Shown: positions 20,084-29,758 of the stretch, one piece after another | How the letters are laid out: every line of letters begins with the position of its first letter | How positions within the stretch are numbered: the stretch's first letter is position 1 | Assembly (NCBI GenBank): GCA_963708295.1 | Contig: CAVPSJ010000017.1 | Location: forward strand, 128,001-192,000 | DNA: 64,000 bases | DNA from: an uncultured delta proteobacterium | GTDB taxonomy: Bacteria > Desulfobacterota > BSN033 > UBA1163 | Direction: 5' to 3' | Made by a program: the position numbers and the translations under genes | Notes under the pieces: model-generated | Database searches by the model: none | What the model saw: the letters and a program-made list of their open reading frames with translations, nothing else | What the model was told of the DNA's origin: nothing

Positions 20084-20935
20084 ATGGAGATTAATACGAT
20101 AGGAGTGGTTGGGGCAGGGCAGATGGGGAGCGGCATTGCAGAAGTTGCCCTCACTTCCGGGTTTCATGTCCTGATGAGAGATGTGGGCATGGGGGCTGTC
20201 GAAAAGGGAAAATCAAGGATTGTTTCGGATCTTGAGAGGCGAATCCAAAAAGAGAAAATGACGGCTCCTGAAAAAGAGGCGACTCTCCAGAGGCTTTCCA
20301 CCACGGTGAAACTGGAGGATTTTGGAAACTGTGATCTCGTCATCGAAGCAGCCGTCGAGAATATCGATGTGAAATGGAACATTTTCAAGAAACTCGACGA
20401 AGTCACGCGCAAAGAAACCATTCTTGCGAGCAATACTTCTTCGATCTCCATCACAAGGATCGCCTCAGTCACCAAGAGGCCCGATCGTGTGATCGGAATG
20501 CATTTTTTTAATCCGGCGCCTGTGATGAAGTTGATCGAAATCGTCCGGGGGCTGGTCACGTCGGATGAAACCTTTCATGTCGTCCGGGAACTCGGTCTGA
20601 AATTGGGAAAGACCCTCTTTCAGGCAAATGATTTTCCAGGTTTCGTATCGAGTCGGCTGATTTTCAGTTACATGAATGAAGCCGTCTACACCCTTTATGA
20701 AGGCTTGGGAAAGGCAGAAGATATTGATGCCATCATGAAGATGGGGGCCAATCATCCGATGGGTCCTTTAGCGCTCGCTGACTTAGTGGGACTGGATACC
20801 TGCCTGTCCGTTATGCATGTTCTCCAGGAGGCGTTTGGAGATAAATATCGACCCTGTCCGCTCCTTGCTAAATATGTGGACGCCGGATATCTGGGGGTGA
20901 AGACGGGTAGGGGATTCTACCAGTACCCTAAGTAA
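20084..20935 (+). CDS. hbd: 3-hydroxybutyryl-CoA dehydrogenase
   Basis: AAAGGAGG RBS; GAGQMGSGIA, SNTSSI, GMHFFNPAP, HPMGPL. Confidence 0.9.
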   Translation: MEINTIGVVGAGQMGSGIAEVALTSGFHVLMRDVGMGAVEKGKSRIVSDLERRIQKEKMTAPEKEATLQRLSTTVKLEDFGNCDLVIEAAVENIDVKWNIFKKLDEVTRKETILASNTSSISITRIASVTKRPDRVIGMHFFNPAPVMKLIEIVRGLVTSDETFHVVRELGLKLGKTLFQANDFPGFVSSRLIFSYMNEAVYTLYEGLGKAEDIDAIMKMGANHPMGPLALADLVGLDTCLSVMHVLQEAFGDKYRPCPLLAKYVDAGYLGVKTGRGFYQYPK

Positions 20936-20937
20936 AA

Positions 20938-21020
20938 GATAGTGATCAGTAATCAGTGATCAGTCATCAGCCATCGGTAGCTGATTATCGTTCACTGATC
21001 ACTGATTACTGATTGCTGAA
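20938..21020. repeat. Heptamer tandem-repeat hairpin
   Basis: (ATCAGTN)n followed by its complement (ACTGATY)n. Confidence 0.75.
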
Positions 21021-21038
21021 CACCAGGAGGTTCTTCAT

Positions 21039-22253
21039 ATGATCGGATTTGAACTAACACCGGAGCAGAAGGTCCTTCAAGGAGAGGCAAGACGATTTTC
21101 CAAAGAGGTGATCCTGCCCGTGGCAGCCCAGCACGATCGGGATGGAACCTTTCCCGTTGATGTGATGGAGAAGGCTCATCAGCAGGGTTTTTTCACCCCC
21201 CTGGTTCCCAAAAAATATGGGGGGCAGGGCTTAGGGGTACTGGATAACTGCATCCTCTCGGAAGAACTGGCAGCAGGCTGCATGGGGATCTATGTCTCCA
21301 TCTTCGTGAGCACCCTGGCGCTCTACCCCATCATTCAGATTTGGGACAGAAGAGCAGAAGGAACGATTTCTCAAGCCTTTCTGCTCAAAGTTTAGCATTG
21401 CCTCTTACTGTTTGAGCGAAGTGACCGTGGGATCGGACCCTGCCTCCATGCGGGCGACGGCCGTTCTCGACGGAGATCACTACCTCCTCAACGGGAGCAA
21501 GATGTGGATCACCAACGGAGGATATGCCGATTTTTATCTCGTGTTTGCGACCACTGACCCCGCAAAAGAAACATAAAGGGATTATCAGCCTGATCGTTCC
21601 CTCCAAACCTGGAAGGGATCAGCCATGGAGAGCCGATTGATAAGATGGGTCAGAGGGCTTCCAATACCACTTCTGTGGTCTTCAAAAATGTGAGGGTTCC
21701 TAAGGAAAATCTCCTGGGGGGAGAAGGGGAGGGTTTCAAAAAGGCGATGGCCGCTCTCGATATCACCCGGCCGATGATCGCTGTGGGGTCCGTGGGAATT
21801 GCGCGATCCGCTTTGGAATTGGCCACCGATTATGCCAAGAAAAGAATTCAATTTGGGGTTCCCATTGCCCAGCACCAGGCTGTTCAATTCATGTTGGCGG
21901 ATATGGCCAAGGATATTGAGGCGGCCAGGCTTCTGGTCTGGAAAGCCGCCTGGCTGGCGGATCAGGGGGTCCGGAATTCGAAAGAGGCAGCCATGGCAAA
22001 GGCCTTTGCTGCGGATATGGCGATGCGGGTGACCACGGATGCCGTTCAGATCTACGGCGGGATGGGATACACGAAATGGCATCCGGTGGAGAAGTTGATG
22101 AGAGATGCGAAGGTCATCCAGATCTATGAAGGGACGGCCCAGATCATGAGGCTGGTCATTGCCCGGCAAGTAGCTTCAGGAAACGGAGAAAACTCTTTTT
22201 TGAGGAAGGGGAAGGTCCTGGTCGATTTGATCTCACGAATTCAAGGGAGATGA
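21039..22253 (+). CDS. Acyl-CoA dehydrogenase, split by frameshifts
   Basis: Pieces in successive frames: KYGGQGLG; LNGSKMWITNG; KMGQRAS...RIQFG...RDAKVIQIYEGTAQI. Confidence 0.88.
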
Positions 22254-22284
22254 AAAAAGCTCTCGGCTAGGAAATGAAGGATAA

Positions 22285-23163
22285 TTAGAATCGGGCCAAT
22301 GCGTCGAGGACAAAACGTGAGATGTCCAGAATACGGATTCCAGGGAACCGGATCTGCGGTAACGTATTGGTCACCAGGATCTCTTTGATGGGCAAAGAGG
22401 TGAGACGACGTCTTGCTTCTCCTGAGAAAATTCCGTGGGTTGCGGCAAGGCGGATGTTTCGAGCACCCTTTTGAGAAACGAGTTTCACGGCTTCAGAAAG
22501 GGTCCCGCCGGTGTCAATCATGTCATCCGCGATGAGGACATCCTTCCCTCGGACGTCACCGTGGAGATGTTTTGCAACGGCCACGTTCGGTCTTGGACGC
22601 ACTTTTTCAATCACTGCCAAATCTGGCTTTGGTTTCAGAAGGTTTTGAAGCCTTCCCGCCTTCGATACAAAACCTGCATCCGGGGAAACGATCACATCGG
22701 GAGGATGTTTTGCCAGGGCATCGGCGATTAAAGGCAAAGCGGAGATCTCCGTCGCAAACGGACGGAAGGCTTTGCGTATCAAATCGCTATGGACATCGAT
22801 GAAAATGAGCCGGGATGAGTTCATCTTCTGCAATAATTCAACCACCATGATCCCCGTGCAACCCTCTCCCGGTCTTGTGGGCCGATCCTGCCGTGCGTAC
22901 CCAAGATAGGGAATCACGGTCGTCGTTTCCCGGGCACCATTCTCCCGGAAAAGACGATGGACGGCTAAGATTTCAAAGAAAGACTCTGGATTTGGAAGGA
23001 CGGAGGCAACGAGGACAACCCTTTTTCCTTTCACGTTCTCCCTCAGGCGATACCCCCGCTCGCTGTCCGCAAAGACATAGGACTCATACCGTCCGATTTC
23101 ACCGCCATATTTTGCAAGATTCCGCCTCAGATGTTTTGCTGAATCGGCGATAAAGAGTTTCAT
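22285..23163 (-). CDS. prs: Ribose-phosphate pyrophosphokinase
   Basis: VIPYLGYARQDR, DVH, VSPDAG, DDMIDTGGT, ATHGIFS. Confidence 0.92.
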   Translation of the reverse strand: MKLFIADSAKHLRRNLAKYGGEIGRYESYVFADSERGYRLRENVKGKRVVLVASVLPNPESFFEILAVHRLFRENGARETTTVIPYLGYARQDRPTRPGEGCTGIMVVELLQKMNSSRLIFIDVHSDLIRKAFRPFATEISALPLIADALAKHPPDVIVSPDAGFVSKAGRLQNLLKPKPDLAVIEKVRPRPNVAVAKHLHGDVRGKDVLIADDMIDTGGTLSEAVKLVSQKGARNIRLAATHGIFSGEARRRLTSLPIKEILVTNTLPQIRFPGIRILDISRFVLDALARF

Positions 23164-23543
23164 CCATCTCCTTGAGGCATGTGCCACGAAGCTGCTGCTT
23201 CGTCTAAGTCTCCAATCATGAGAGGAATGGGGGGGCGAAGTTTCTTACTTCCCAGCCTACGCAGCTCTGATCTCGCTGAGCGGAAGTTCATTGTCACCCT
23301 GGAGCGAAGCTCCCATTTCTTGAGAGAATATGAACTCTGTCTCTATCACCCTATTTCATAACGGCTTGAAAGTGAATAAAGTGAACCCTGCATTTTCGCG
23401 TCAAAGACGCCGTATTTTCTGAAGGGGATGATGTCTTAGAGTTCCTTTCTGGTGAGGAGGAGAAGAATATGGAGGGGCAAATAAAAGTTTTTTCTTGACA
23501 AACGGCTGGCGCTTGTTTAATGGATTAAGAGGGTGGGGGAGAT

Positions 23544-23990
23544 ATGGATTCTTTGGAGAATTTGAAAATCCGGGCTCTCAAAAGGGAAGATCTGGAGGCC
23601 ATTGTCAAGATTGACAAGAGGGTCCTGGGAGAGGACCGGAAGAGCCATTGGGAAAGAAAGCTAGGGTTGATGAGCAATAAATCTTCCCAGGTCTCCCTGG
23701 TTGCTGAAGTGGAGGGAGAAGTGGTCGGGTTTATTCTCGGCGACGTGAGCGGCTGGGAATTTGGCGTGCCCGAAACCATTGGCTGGATGGATACGATTGG
23801 CGTTGATCCGGCTTACCGGAAGAAAGGAATCGCCACGGCCCTCGCCCATGAACTGATCAAAAATTTGAAGGCGATTCAAGTCAAAACCATTTACACCCTG
23901 GTCAGCTGGGATGACTGGGACCTCCTCCAATTTTTTCATGCCATGGGATTCACAAGAGGGGATATGATCAATTTAGAGTTGAAGATTTAA
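23544..23990 (+). CDS. GNAT-family N-acetyltransferase
   Basis: IGVDPAYRKKGIATAL acetyl-CoA motif, FFHAMGF. Confidence 0.88.
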   Translation: MDSLENLKIRALKREDLEAIVKIDKRVLGEDRKSHWERKLGLMSNKSSQVSLVAEVEGEVVGFILGDVSGWEFGVPETIGWMDTIGVDPAYRKKGIATALAHELIKNLKAIQVKTIYTLVSWDDWDLLQFFHAMGFTRGDMINLELKI

Positions 23991-24028
23991 TCCCGCCTGC
24001 CCGCAATTTCAACCGATCAGGTCTTGAC

Positions 24029-24231
24029 AGGCTGTTGAAAAAAGCCCATCTGCAGCGTTTCCCTCATCCTTCGTCGTTGCAGCGTACATCCAAGTACGCC
24101 TCTAGCCGACTCACCAACTCGTCGGCGTGGCAAGAAGTCACTCCTTATTCGTCGTGACGCCACTCTCAGGACTTCGGGCGCCTTGCATCGGGGCATTTTT
24201 GACCAGCCTGAAAAAAATGGGTTTTTCAACA
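24029..24231. mobile_element. MITE-like repeat with nested ~60-nt insertion and 10-bp flanking direct repeat
   Basis: TGTTGAAAAA...TTTTTCAACA ends; AGGTCTTGAC at 24019-24028 and 24232-24241; homologous to 38673-38795. Confidence 0.75.
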
Positions 24232-24307
24232 AGGTCTTGACTTCCGAAGGGGTAGGTTAGACTTTTTGGAAATGGTTGGAAGAAGGTTCCCTTTTTCGGG
24301 ACAGAAA

Positions 24308-25852
24308 TTATCTTTTCCCCACCTTTTTACCGCGAGATTCACCCGGTAGATCAGAGAGTTTAGTCATCTCGATTTTCAGTTTATCTCCGGGGATCAGTTT
24401 CTTTTCGGGGTAGAGGTTGTTCCAGCGGCTGAGAGCACCGAGGTTCACTCCCATCTCGTTGGCAATGCTCCACAAGGTGTCACCTTTCTTAATCGTATAC
24501 GTCATCGTTTGAACCGGTTTTGAACCATGATCCGTTTCCCCGGATTTTTTCTGGGCCACCCGATCCGGTTTCAGGCCTTGATCCTTAGGAACGGGGATGA
24601 GGAGGTTCATCCCGACGGAGAGGCGGCTTTTTTTATTCAATCGGTTCATCTCGAGGATGGGATCGAGGTCCACACGATAAAGGCTAGCGATTTTTGAAAG
24701 AGTATCCCCCTTTTTGACGAGATGGGATTTGAATTGAAATCTTTCACCCGAATAAAGGTTTGAGAAATTTTTTGAAAAAAGCTCTTTCTTCCCAAAAGGG
24801 ATTCTAATCTCATATTCAGGGAAGTTTGGGGGGGTGCACCATCGCGACAGCTCGGGATTGAGCTCCTTGACTTCATTCAGAGTGATTTCGCAGGCCTGGG
24901 CGATGAGACGGAGGTCTGTGACCTCGGGCACCTTCACCTTTTCATAACGAAGGGGTTCTTGGTATTCGATGCCGACAAATCCATATTTCTCGGGATCTTT
25001 CGCGATGAGGGCAGCGGCAATCATCTGGGGGACGTAGTCTTTCGTCTCCCGTTTCAGGTATCGATATTTGGTGAGCTCCCAAAAGTCTTCCGTCTGGTAG
25101 CGTTTCATCGCGGTGGCAATTTTTCCTTCACCGGCATTGTAACCGGCGGCGGCCAGATACCAGCATTCGAAAATATCATAAAGATCTTTGAGATATTGGG
25201 CCGCCGCAAGGGTTGACTTCTCGGGGTCTCTCCTCTCATCGATCCACCAATTGGATGTTAACCCGTACCTTTTCCCCGTAAGGTAGATGAACTGCCAGGG
25301 ACCGGAGGCCTTGGCCCTGGAATAGGCATAAGGATTGAAGCCACTCTCGATCAGAGCCAGATAGACAAGGTCTTCAGGAAGACCGCTCTCTCTAAGAAGG
25401 TTTCTCATGAAGGGGATGTATCTTTCCGAGCGCGCCAGCCACTTGGCGAAAGTGTCCCGGGCTGTTGTTTGAAAATATTGGACAAAATATTCCACTCTTG
25501 CATTGATCACGATGGGGATATCGAACTCCGGCTTTGACTTCGGCCGATCCTCCGGGAAAATTTCAAAACTGAAATCGTCATTGGCTTCATCAGTGATCGG
25601 AAAATCCAAACTCGACACCGACGGAGTTCCTGCCGTCGATGCAGAATGGGAGGGTGAAGATACTTCCGGCAGGGGAGGCAATTCCCGGGGAGGGGAGGGC
25701 AAGGACTCGGGTTCTGCCTTGGCGAGGGGGAGACTCTCTTTTTTTGTGGAAGGGGGAGGTGAGGGCGCTTTCTCAGGAAGAGAGCTTGGGTGGGGGAGGC
25801 ATGCAGAAGATAGGAAAAGAATCATCCCCACCACAACTGTCTTGTACGTCAT
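24308..25852 (-). CDS. LysM-containing lytic murein transglycosylase (MltD-like lipoprotein)
   Basis: LSSAC lipobox, IESGFNP, GPWQF, AAAGYNAGEG, ETKDYV, two LysM repeats. Confidence 0.9.
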   Translation of the reverse strand: MTYKTVVVGMILFLSSACLPHPSSLPEKAPSPPPSTKKESLPLAKAEPESLPSPPRELPPLPEVSSPSHSASTAGTPSVSSLDFPITDEANDDFSFEIFPEDRPKSKPEFDIPIVINARVEYFVQYFQTTARDTFAKWLARSERYIPFMRNLLRESGLPEDLVYLALIESGFNPYAYSRAKASGPWQFIYLTGKRYGLTSNWWIDERRDPEKSTLAAAQYLKDLYDIFECWYLAAAGYNAGEGKIATAMKRYQTEDFWELTKYRYLKRETKDYVPQMIAAALIAKDPEKYGFVGIEYQEPLRYEKVKVPEVTDLRLIAQACEITLNEVKELNPELSRWCTPPNFPEYEIRIPFGKKELFSKNFSNLYSGERFQFKSHLVKKGDTLSKIASLYRVDLDPILEMNRLNKKSRLSVGMNLLIPVPKDQGLKPDRVAQKKSGETDHGSKPVQTMTYTIKKGDTLWSIANEMGVNLGALSRWNNLYPEKKLIPGDKLKIEMTKLSDLPGESRGKKVGKR

Positions 25853-26014
25853 GAACCGTTCCTCCTGAGCCAGCGACAAGATCGATGAAATTCAAAGAGA
25901 AAAAATTTATAGATTAATGACATAGACCGACCGAGATTGTCAAGTTAAAAACATGAAGCGTTCCAAAAAAAACGGACGTTCCTGCCTTCTCCAGGCTGTA
26001 TCAGGAATCTCACT

Positions 26015-26947
26015 TCAGGGATCCGTTCCGATCCTGACCGGCAAGGTCCTGTCCGCAGACCATTCCACCCAGGACCCCCGGTAGAGATGAACATTGGGAA
26101 ACCCGAGACCATATTTCAGGGTGAAGTAGAGATGGCTTGCTCCCCTCCCCGCTCTGCTATAGACGATGACCTCCTTATCCTTTGTGACCCTGATTTCTGA
26201 AAGGAGTTTCTCCAGATCCTCTTTGTTTTTCCACACCCTGATTTCTTCCCCCTCGAGAGTCGTTTCCCAGAATACATTCCTGGCTCCAGGGATATGGCCT
26301 TTCCGGATCTCTTCCCCTTCTTCGCCGCTGTATTGTTTGGGTGGACGGGCGTCCAGGATCACCACATTCTTCGCGTTCAGTCGATGGAGCACCCATTTCT
26401 TTTCGGCTAACGTCTCTCGAATCGCTTTCCCAAAAAATTTATTAGGGGATAGAAAGGGGTACTCTTGAGTGACGGGAAGCCTTTCGGATGTCCATTTCTC
26501 CCAGCCGCCGTTGAGGATTCCCACTTTTTTATGCCCGAGGTAATCCAAGGCCCAGGCGAGGAACGTTGCATTGGGGTTTGATTTTTCAGAGTAGATGACC
26601 ACCCCCATGGAATTGGAAAGGCTTAGATTGTCTCCTAACAATCTTTCGAGGCAGATTCGGTCGGGTGCTTGATCGGGGATGCCTTTGTCGGGAATCTGAA
26701 GATTTTCAAAATGGAGATAGACGGCGTTTCGAATGTGTCCCTTGAGATAATCAAGGAGGGACGTTCTCATGTCAACGATACGAAGCGAGGGGAGACCGGT
26801 CAGGTTCAGCAATTCTCGCGTTTCAATCAACCGGGGATGGTCAAAGTTTACAAGGGGAGGGTTTTTGGCGTGGAGGAAGCCCGGGAGGAATAAAACGAGT
26901 GAAATCAGAATTCCCGCCGCCCGTACAAGTGGTCTTCGTTTTTCCAT
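26015..26947 (-). CDS. Tandem rhodanese sulfurtransferase, probably exported
   Basis: GHIRNA, LNGGWEKW, DARP...GHIPGA, YRGSWVEWS; Ser instead of Cys in VYSRAG. Confidence 0.85.
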   Translation of the reverse strand: MEKRRPLVRAAGILISLVLFLPGFLHAKNPPLVNFDHPRLIETRELLNLTGLPSLRIVDMRTSLLDYLKGHIRNAVYLHFENLQIPDKGIPDQAPDRICLERLLGDNLSLSNSMGVVIYSEKSNPNATFLAWALDYLGHKKVGILNGGWEKWTSERLPVTQEYPFLSPNKFFGKAIRETLAEKKWVLHRLNAKNVVILDARPPKQYSGEEGEEIRKGHIPGARNVFWETTLEGEEIRVWKNKEDLEKLLSEIRVTKDKEVIVYSRAGRGASHLYFTLKYGLGFPNVHLYRGSWVEWSADRTLPVRIGTDP

Positions 26948-26966
26948 GCAGACCTCCCGTGAACCT

Positions 26967-28451
26967 CTAGCCTGGGATATCCCTCTTTTTCTTCTCCAAC
27001 GCTTTTCCGTAAAGTTGAAGGTATGCCTCGGCTGACCTCTCCCAAGAAAAATCCGCGCTCATGGCATTCTGAAGGAGTTGCCTCCAATGCTCTGGCTGAA
27101 AATAAAAACGGATCGCCTCCTTGAGGGTGTTGAGAAATTCCTTGGAATCATAACGGTTAAATTTGAAGCCGTTTCCCTTTTTGGTGGCAGGGTCGTAATG
27201 GAGGATCGTGTCGTCGAGCCCTCCCGTGGCGCGCACCACGGGGATCGTTCCGTATTTCAGGCTATAAATTTGATTGAGACCACACGGCTCATATTTGGAC
27301 GGCATGAGGAAAAAATCTGCCCCCGCCTCGATTTTATGCGCCAAGCGGTCATCATAGGCAATCCGGATCCCCGCTTTCTGAGGGTATTTTTGTGCGACCT
27401 GAGCAAAGAGATCGTGATATTTTTGCTCTCCCGTTCCCAGAAGAACAAATCCGATGTCGAGCGCGAAAAGAGGCTCTAAAATTTCCGCCAGAAGGTCAAA
27501 CCCTTTCTGATCGGCTAACCGAGAGATCATTCCTAAAAGGGGGGCATTCTCGAGAGAGGGGGGAAGACGAAATTCTCTGAGGAGGTCCTTCTTGCATTCC
27601 TTTTTGCTCGAGATATCTTTTAAATCATACCGGGCGACCAAGTGAGGGTCATGAGAAGGGTTCCAATCCTCATAGTCCACTCCGTTGAGGATTCCGTAAA
27701 GACTCGCCTTTTTCTTTCTCAAAATGCCTTCCAAGCCGTAACCATATTCAGGGGTCTGGATTTCCTCGCTATATTTCTTGCTCACCGTATTGATCGCATC
27801 CGCATAAACAATGCCTGCCTTCATGAAATTGATCCTCTCCCAAAATTCGATTCCTTCGGGGCTGTACATCTCCGTCGGCAGCCCGGTGAGCGGGAATTTT
27901 TCCTTCTTGAACAATCCCTGGTAGGCAATGTTGTGAATGGTGAATACCGCTGCCGTACGGGAATAGAAAGGGTCGTTCCGAAAGGTCGATTTAAGATAAG
28001 CGGCAATCAATCCGGTTTGCCATTCATGATGGTGGATGATATCAGGAGAGAACCCGATGCGCTGGCAAAGGTTGAGGACGGCCTTGGAGAAGAAAATAAA
28101 TCGCTCCGCATTGTCGAAATAATCGCCTTTCGGAGTGCTGTAGAGAGACTCCCTGTCAAAAAATTCTTCCCGGCCGATGAAGTAAACCGGGATGTCTTGA
28201 TTCAGATGACCGAGGTAGACATCCGCCCTGAGCTTCTCGTCCCCAAGGGAGACCTCGATCTCCTCGCCCAGATACTGATGGGGAAGGCCGGAGTTCTTCA
28301 CCATTCGGTAGTAAGGCATCACTAACATCAGCTCACATCCCCGTGCGCGAAGAGATTTGGGAAGAGCCCCCGCTACATCCGCCAGACCTCCCGTCTTGGC
28401 AAAGGGGACAGCCTCAGGCGTTGCGAAGAGGATTCTTAAGGGTTTTTCCAT
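26967..28451 (-). CDS. glgA: Glycogen synthase
   Basis: PFAKTGGLADV, TIHNIAYQG, SRLADQKG, MPSKYEPCGL. Confidence 0.96.
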   Translation of the reverse strand: MEKPLRILFATPEAVPFAKTGGLADVAGALPKSLRARGCELMLVMPYYRMVKNSGLPHQYLGEEIEVSLGDEKLRADVYLGHLNQDIPVYFIGREEFFDRESLYSTPKGDYFDNAERFIFFSKAVLNLCQRIGFSPDIIHHHEWQTGLIAAYLKSTFRNDPFYSRTAAVFTIHNIAYQGLFKKEKFPLTGLPTEMYSPEGIEFWERINFMKAGIVYADAINTVSKKYSEEIQTPEYGYGLEGILRKKKASLYGILNGVDYEDWNPSHDPHLVARYDLKDISSKKECKKDLLREFRLPPSLENAPLLGMISRLADQKGFDLLAEILEPLFALDIGFVLLGTGEQKYHDLFAQVAQKYPQKAGIRIAYDDRLAHKIEAGADFFLMPSKYEPCGLNQIYSLKYGTIPVVRATGGLDDTILHYDPATKKGNGFKFNRYDSKEFLNTLKEAIRFYFQPEHWRQLLQNAMSADFSWERSAEAYLQLYGKALEKKKRDIPG

Positions 28452-28742
28452 CGATGCCTCAAAGTGGACAGAAGACATGTCATGTCATGCAATGTCAAAA
28501 AAACGAACGGGAAGGTCCTCGGCCACCCTAGCGGCACGCCGGGACTTCCCGGAGAGGAAATGATGTCTTGATGGTGCCCCTCCGGCTTCGGCGGGACAGG
28601 GCACCGGCCCCCAAAAGTTCAAATCCATGTCCAATGTCAAAACCTAGATTTTCAGAATTCATTCGTCGTGAGTCTGTGAGATCCGGAATTTGAACGTTGA
28701 CATTTGAACTTTGGAATTTGACATTGGTTCACCCGGTTAAGC

Positions 28743-29060
28743 CTATTCCCCTTTTTCTGTTTTCCGGATGACCTTCTCCAACCGGTCGAGGGCATCGGCT
28801 GTTTTTTCTCTCAAGGCATCGGTGATCGTCGTCAAAGCGTCCATTTGTTTTCTCAGATCTTCGGACGAGGCGGTCGATTCGATCTTTCGCATCAATTCAG
28901 CGGTTCCTCCGGTGCGATGATAGGCGATGATGGAGATGGCGATAGAAATCAACGAGATGATCAGTGCCGCTGGTCCCGAGCCAATGGCAGACAATAACGA
29001 AAGAATAATGGCTATCACTGCAATCACACCTATCATAAGAATGGCTCCAGTCATCTTCAC
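28743..29060 (-). CDS. Hypothetical membrane protein with coiled-coil tail
   Basis: Two TM segments; 4-nt overlap with upstream gene. Confidence 0.7.
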   Translation of the reverse strand: MKMTGAILMIGVIAVIAIILSLLSAIGSGPAALIISLISIAISIIAYHRTGGTAELMRKIESTASSEDLRKQMDALTTITDALREKTADALDRLEKVIRKTEKGE

Positions 29061-29758
29061 AGGCCTCCTTCATTTTTTGAATTAGGATACTTCAACCCTT
29101 TGGAATTTTCAACTGAATCCTTTCCGGATCCCGGGCTTGAAAATGGAACCGAGAGGGTTTGAGGAGTAACGATCCCCACGGACATGATGGCCTTGATCGC
29201 TTCTTCGATGCTCATTTGGGAAGGAAGTAACTTTTCTTTGGGAAGGAAGAGAAGAAAGCCCTGCGGCGGGACAAAGGCGGTCGGGACAAAAACGGTCACC
29301 TTCGTTTGCTTCTGGAGATCGGTGATCTCATTCGTCACAAAGCCGAGCACATAATTCCCTTCCTGTGGAAATTCAACGAAAACCGTCTGACGGAACGAGC
29401 CTTTTTTTGTGGCCGAGAAGGCATCGGTCAGTTGTTTGGAGGCGGTATAGATGTTTTTGACGACCGGGATCGTCTTGAAGAGACGATCCCCCCAGTTAAT
29501 CAGTTCGTAGCCCAAGACATTGGTAGTGATCGCACCAATCAAATAGAGCAAAAGGAAGAAGCTGATGATTCCTATCCCCGGGAGATGGATTACATGATGG
29601 AATAGAGAGACATTGATGTTTGGGATCAGGGGGTCGAGGATACCGTCAAGGGTGTTGAAGACAAACTTCAGAACGAGGAAGGTGATCCCGAGAGGCAGGA
29701 CGACCAAAATCCCCGCAAAAATCTTTGTTCGAAGATGCCTCAAAAACTTTTTCGTCAT
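29057..29758 (-). CDS. DUF502 membrane protein
   Basis: [33 protein letters not shown]. Confidence 0.85.
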   Translation of the reverse strand: MTKKFLRHLRTKIFAGILVVLPLGITFLVLKFVFNTLDGILDPLIPNINVSLFHHVIHLPGIGIISFFLLLYLIGAITTNVLGYELINWGDRLFKTIPVVKNIYTASKQLTDAFSATKKGSFRQTVFVEFPQEGNYVLGFVTNEITDLQKQTKVTVFVPTAFVPPQGFLLFLPKEKLLPSQMSIEEAIKAIMSVGIVTPQTLSVPFSSPGSGKDSVENSKGLKYPNSKNEGGL

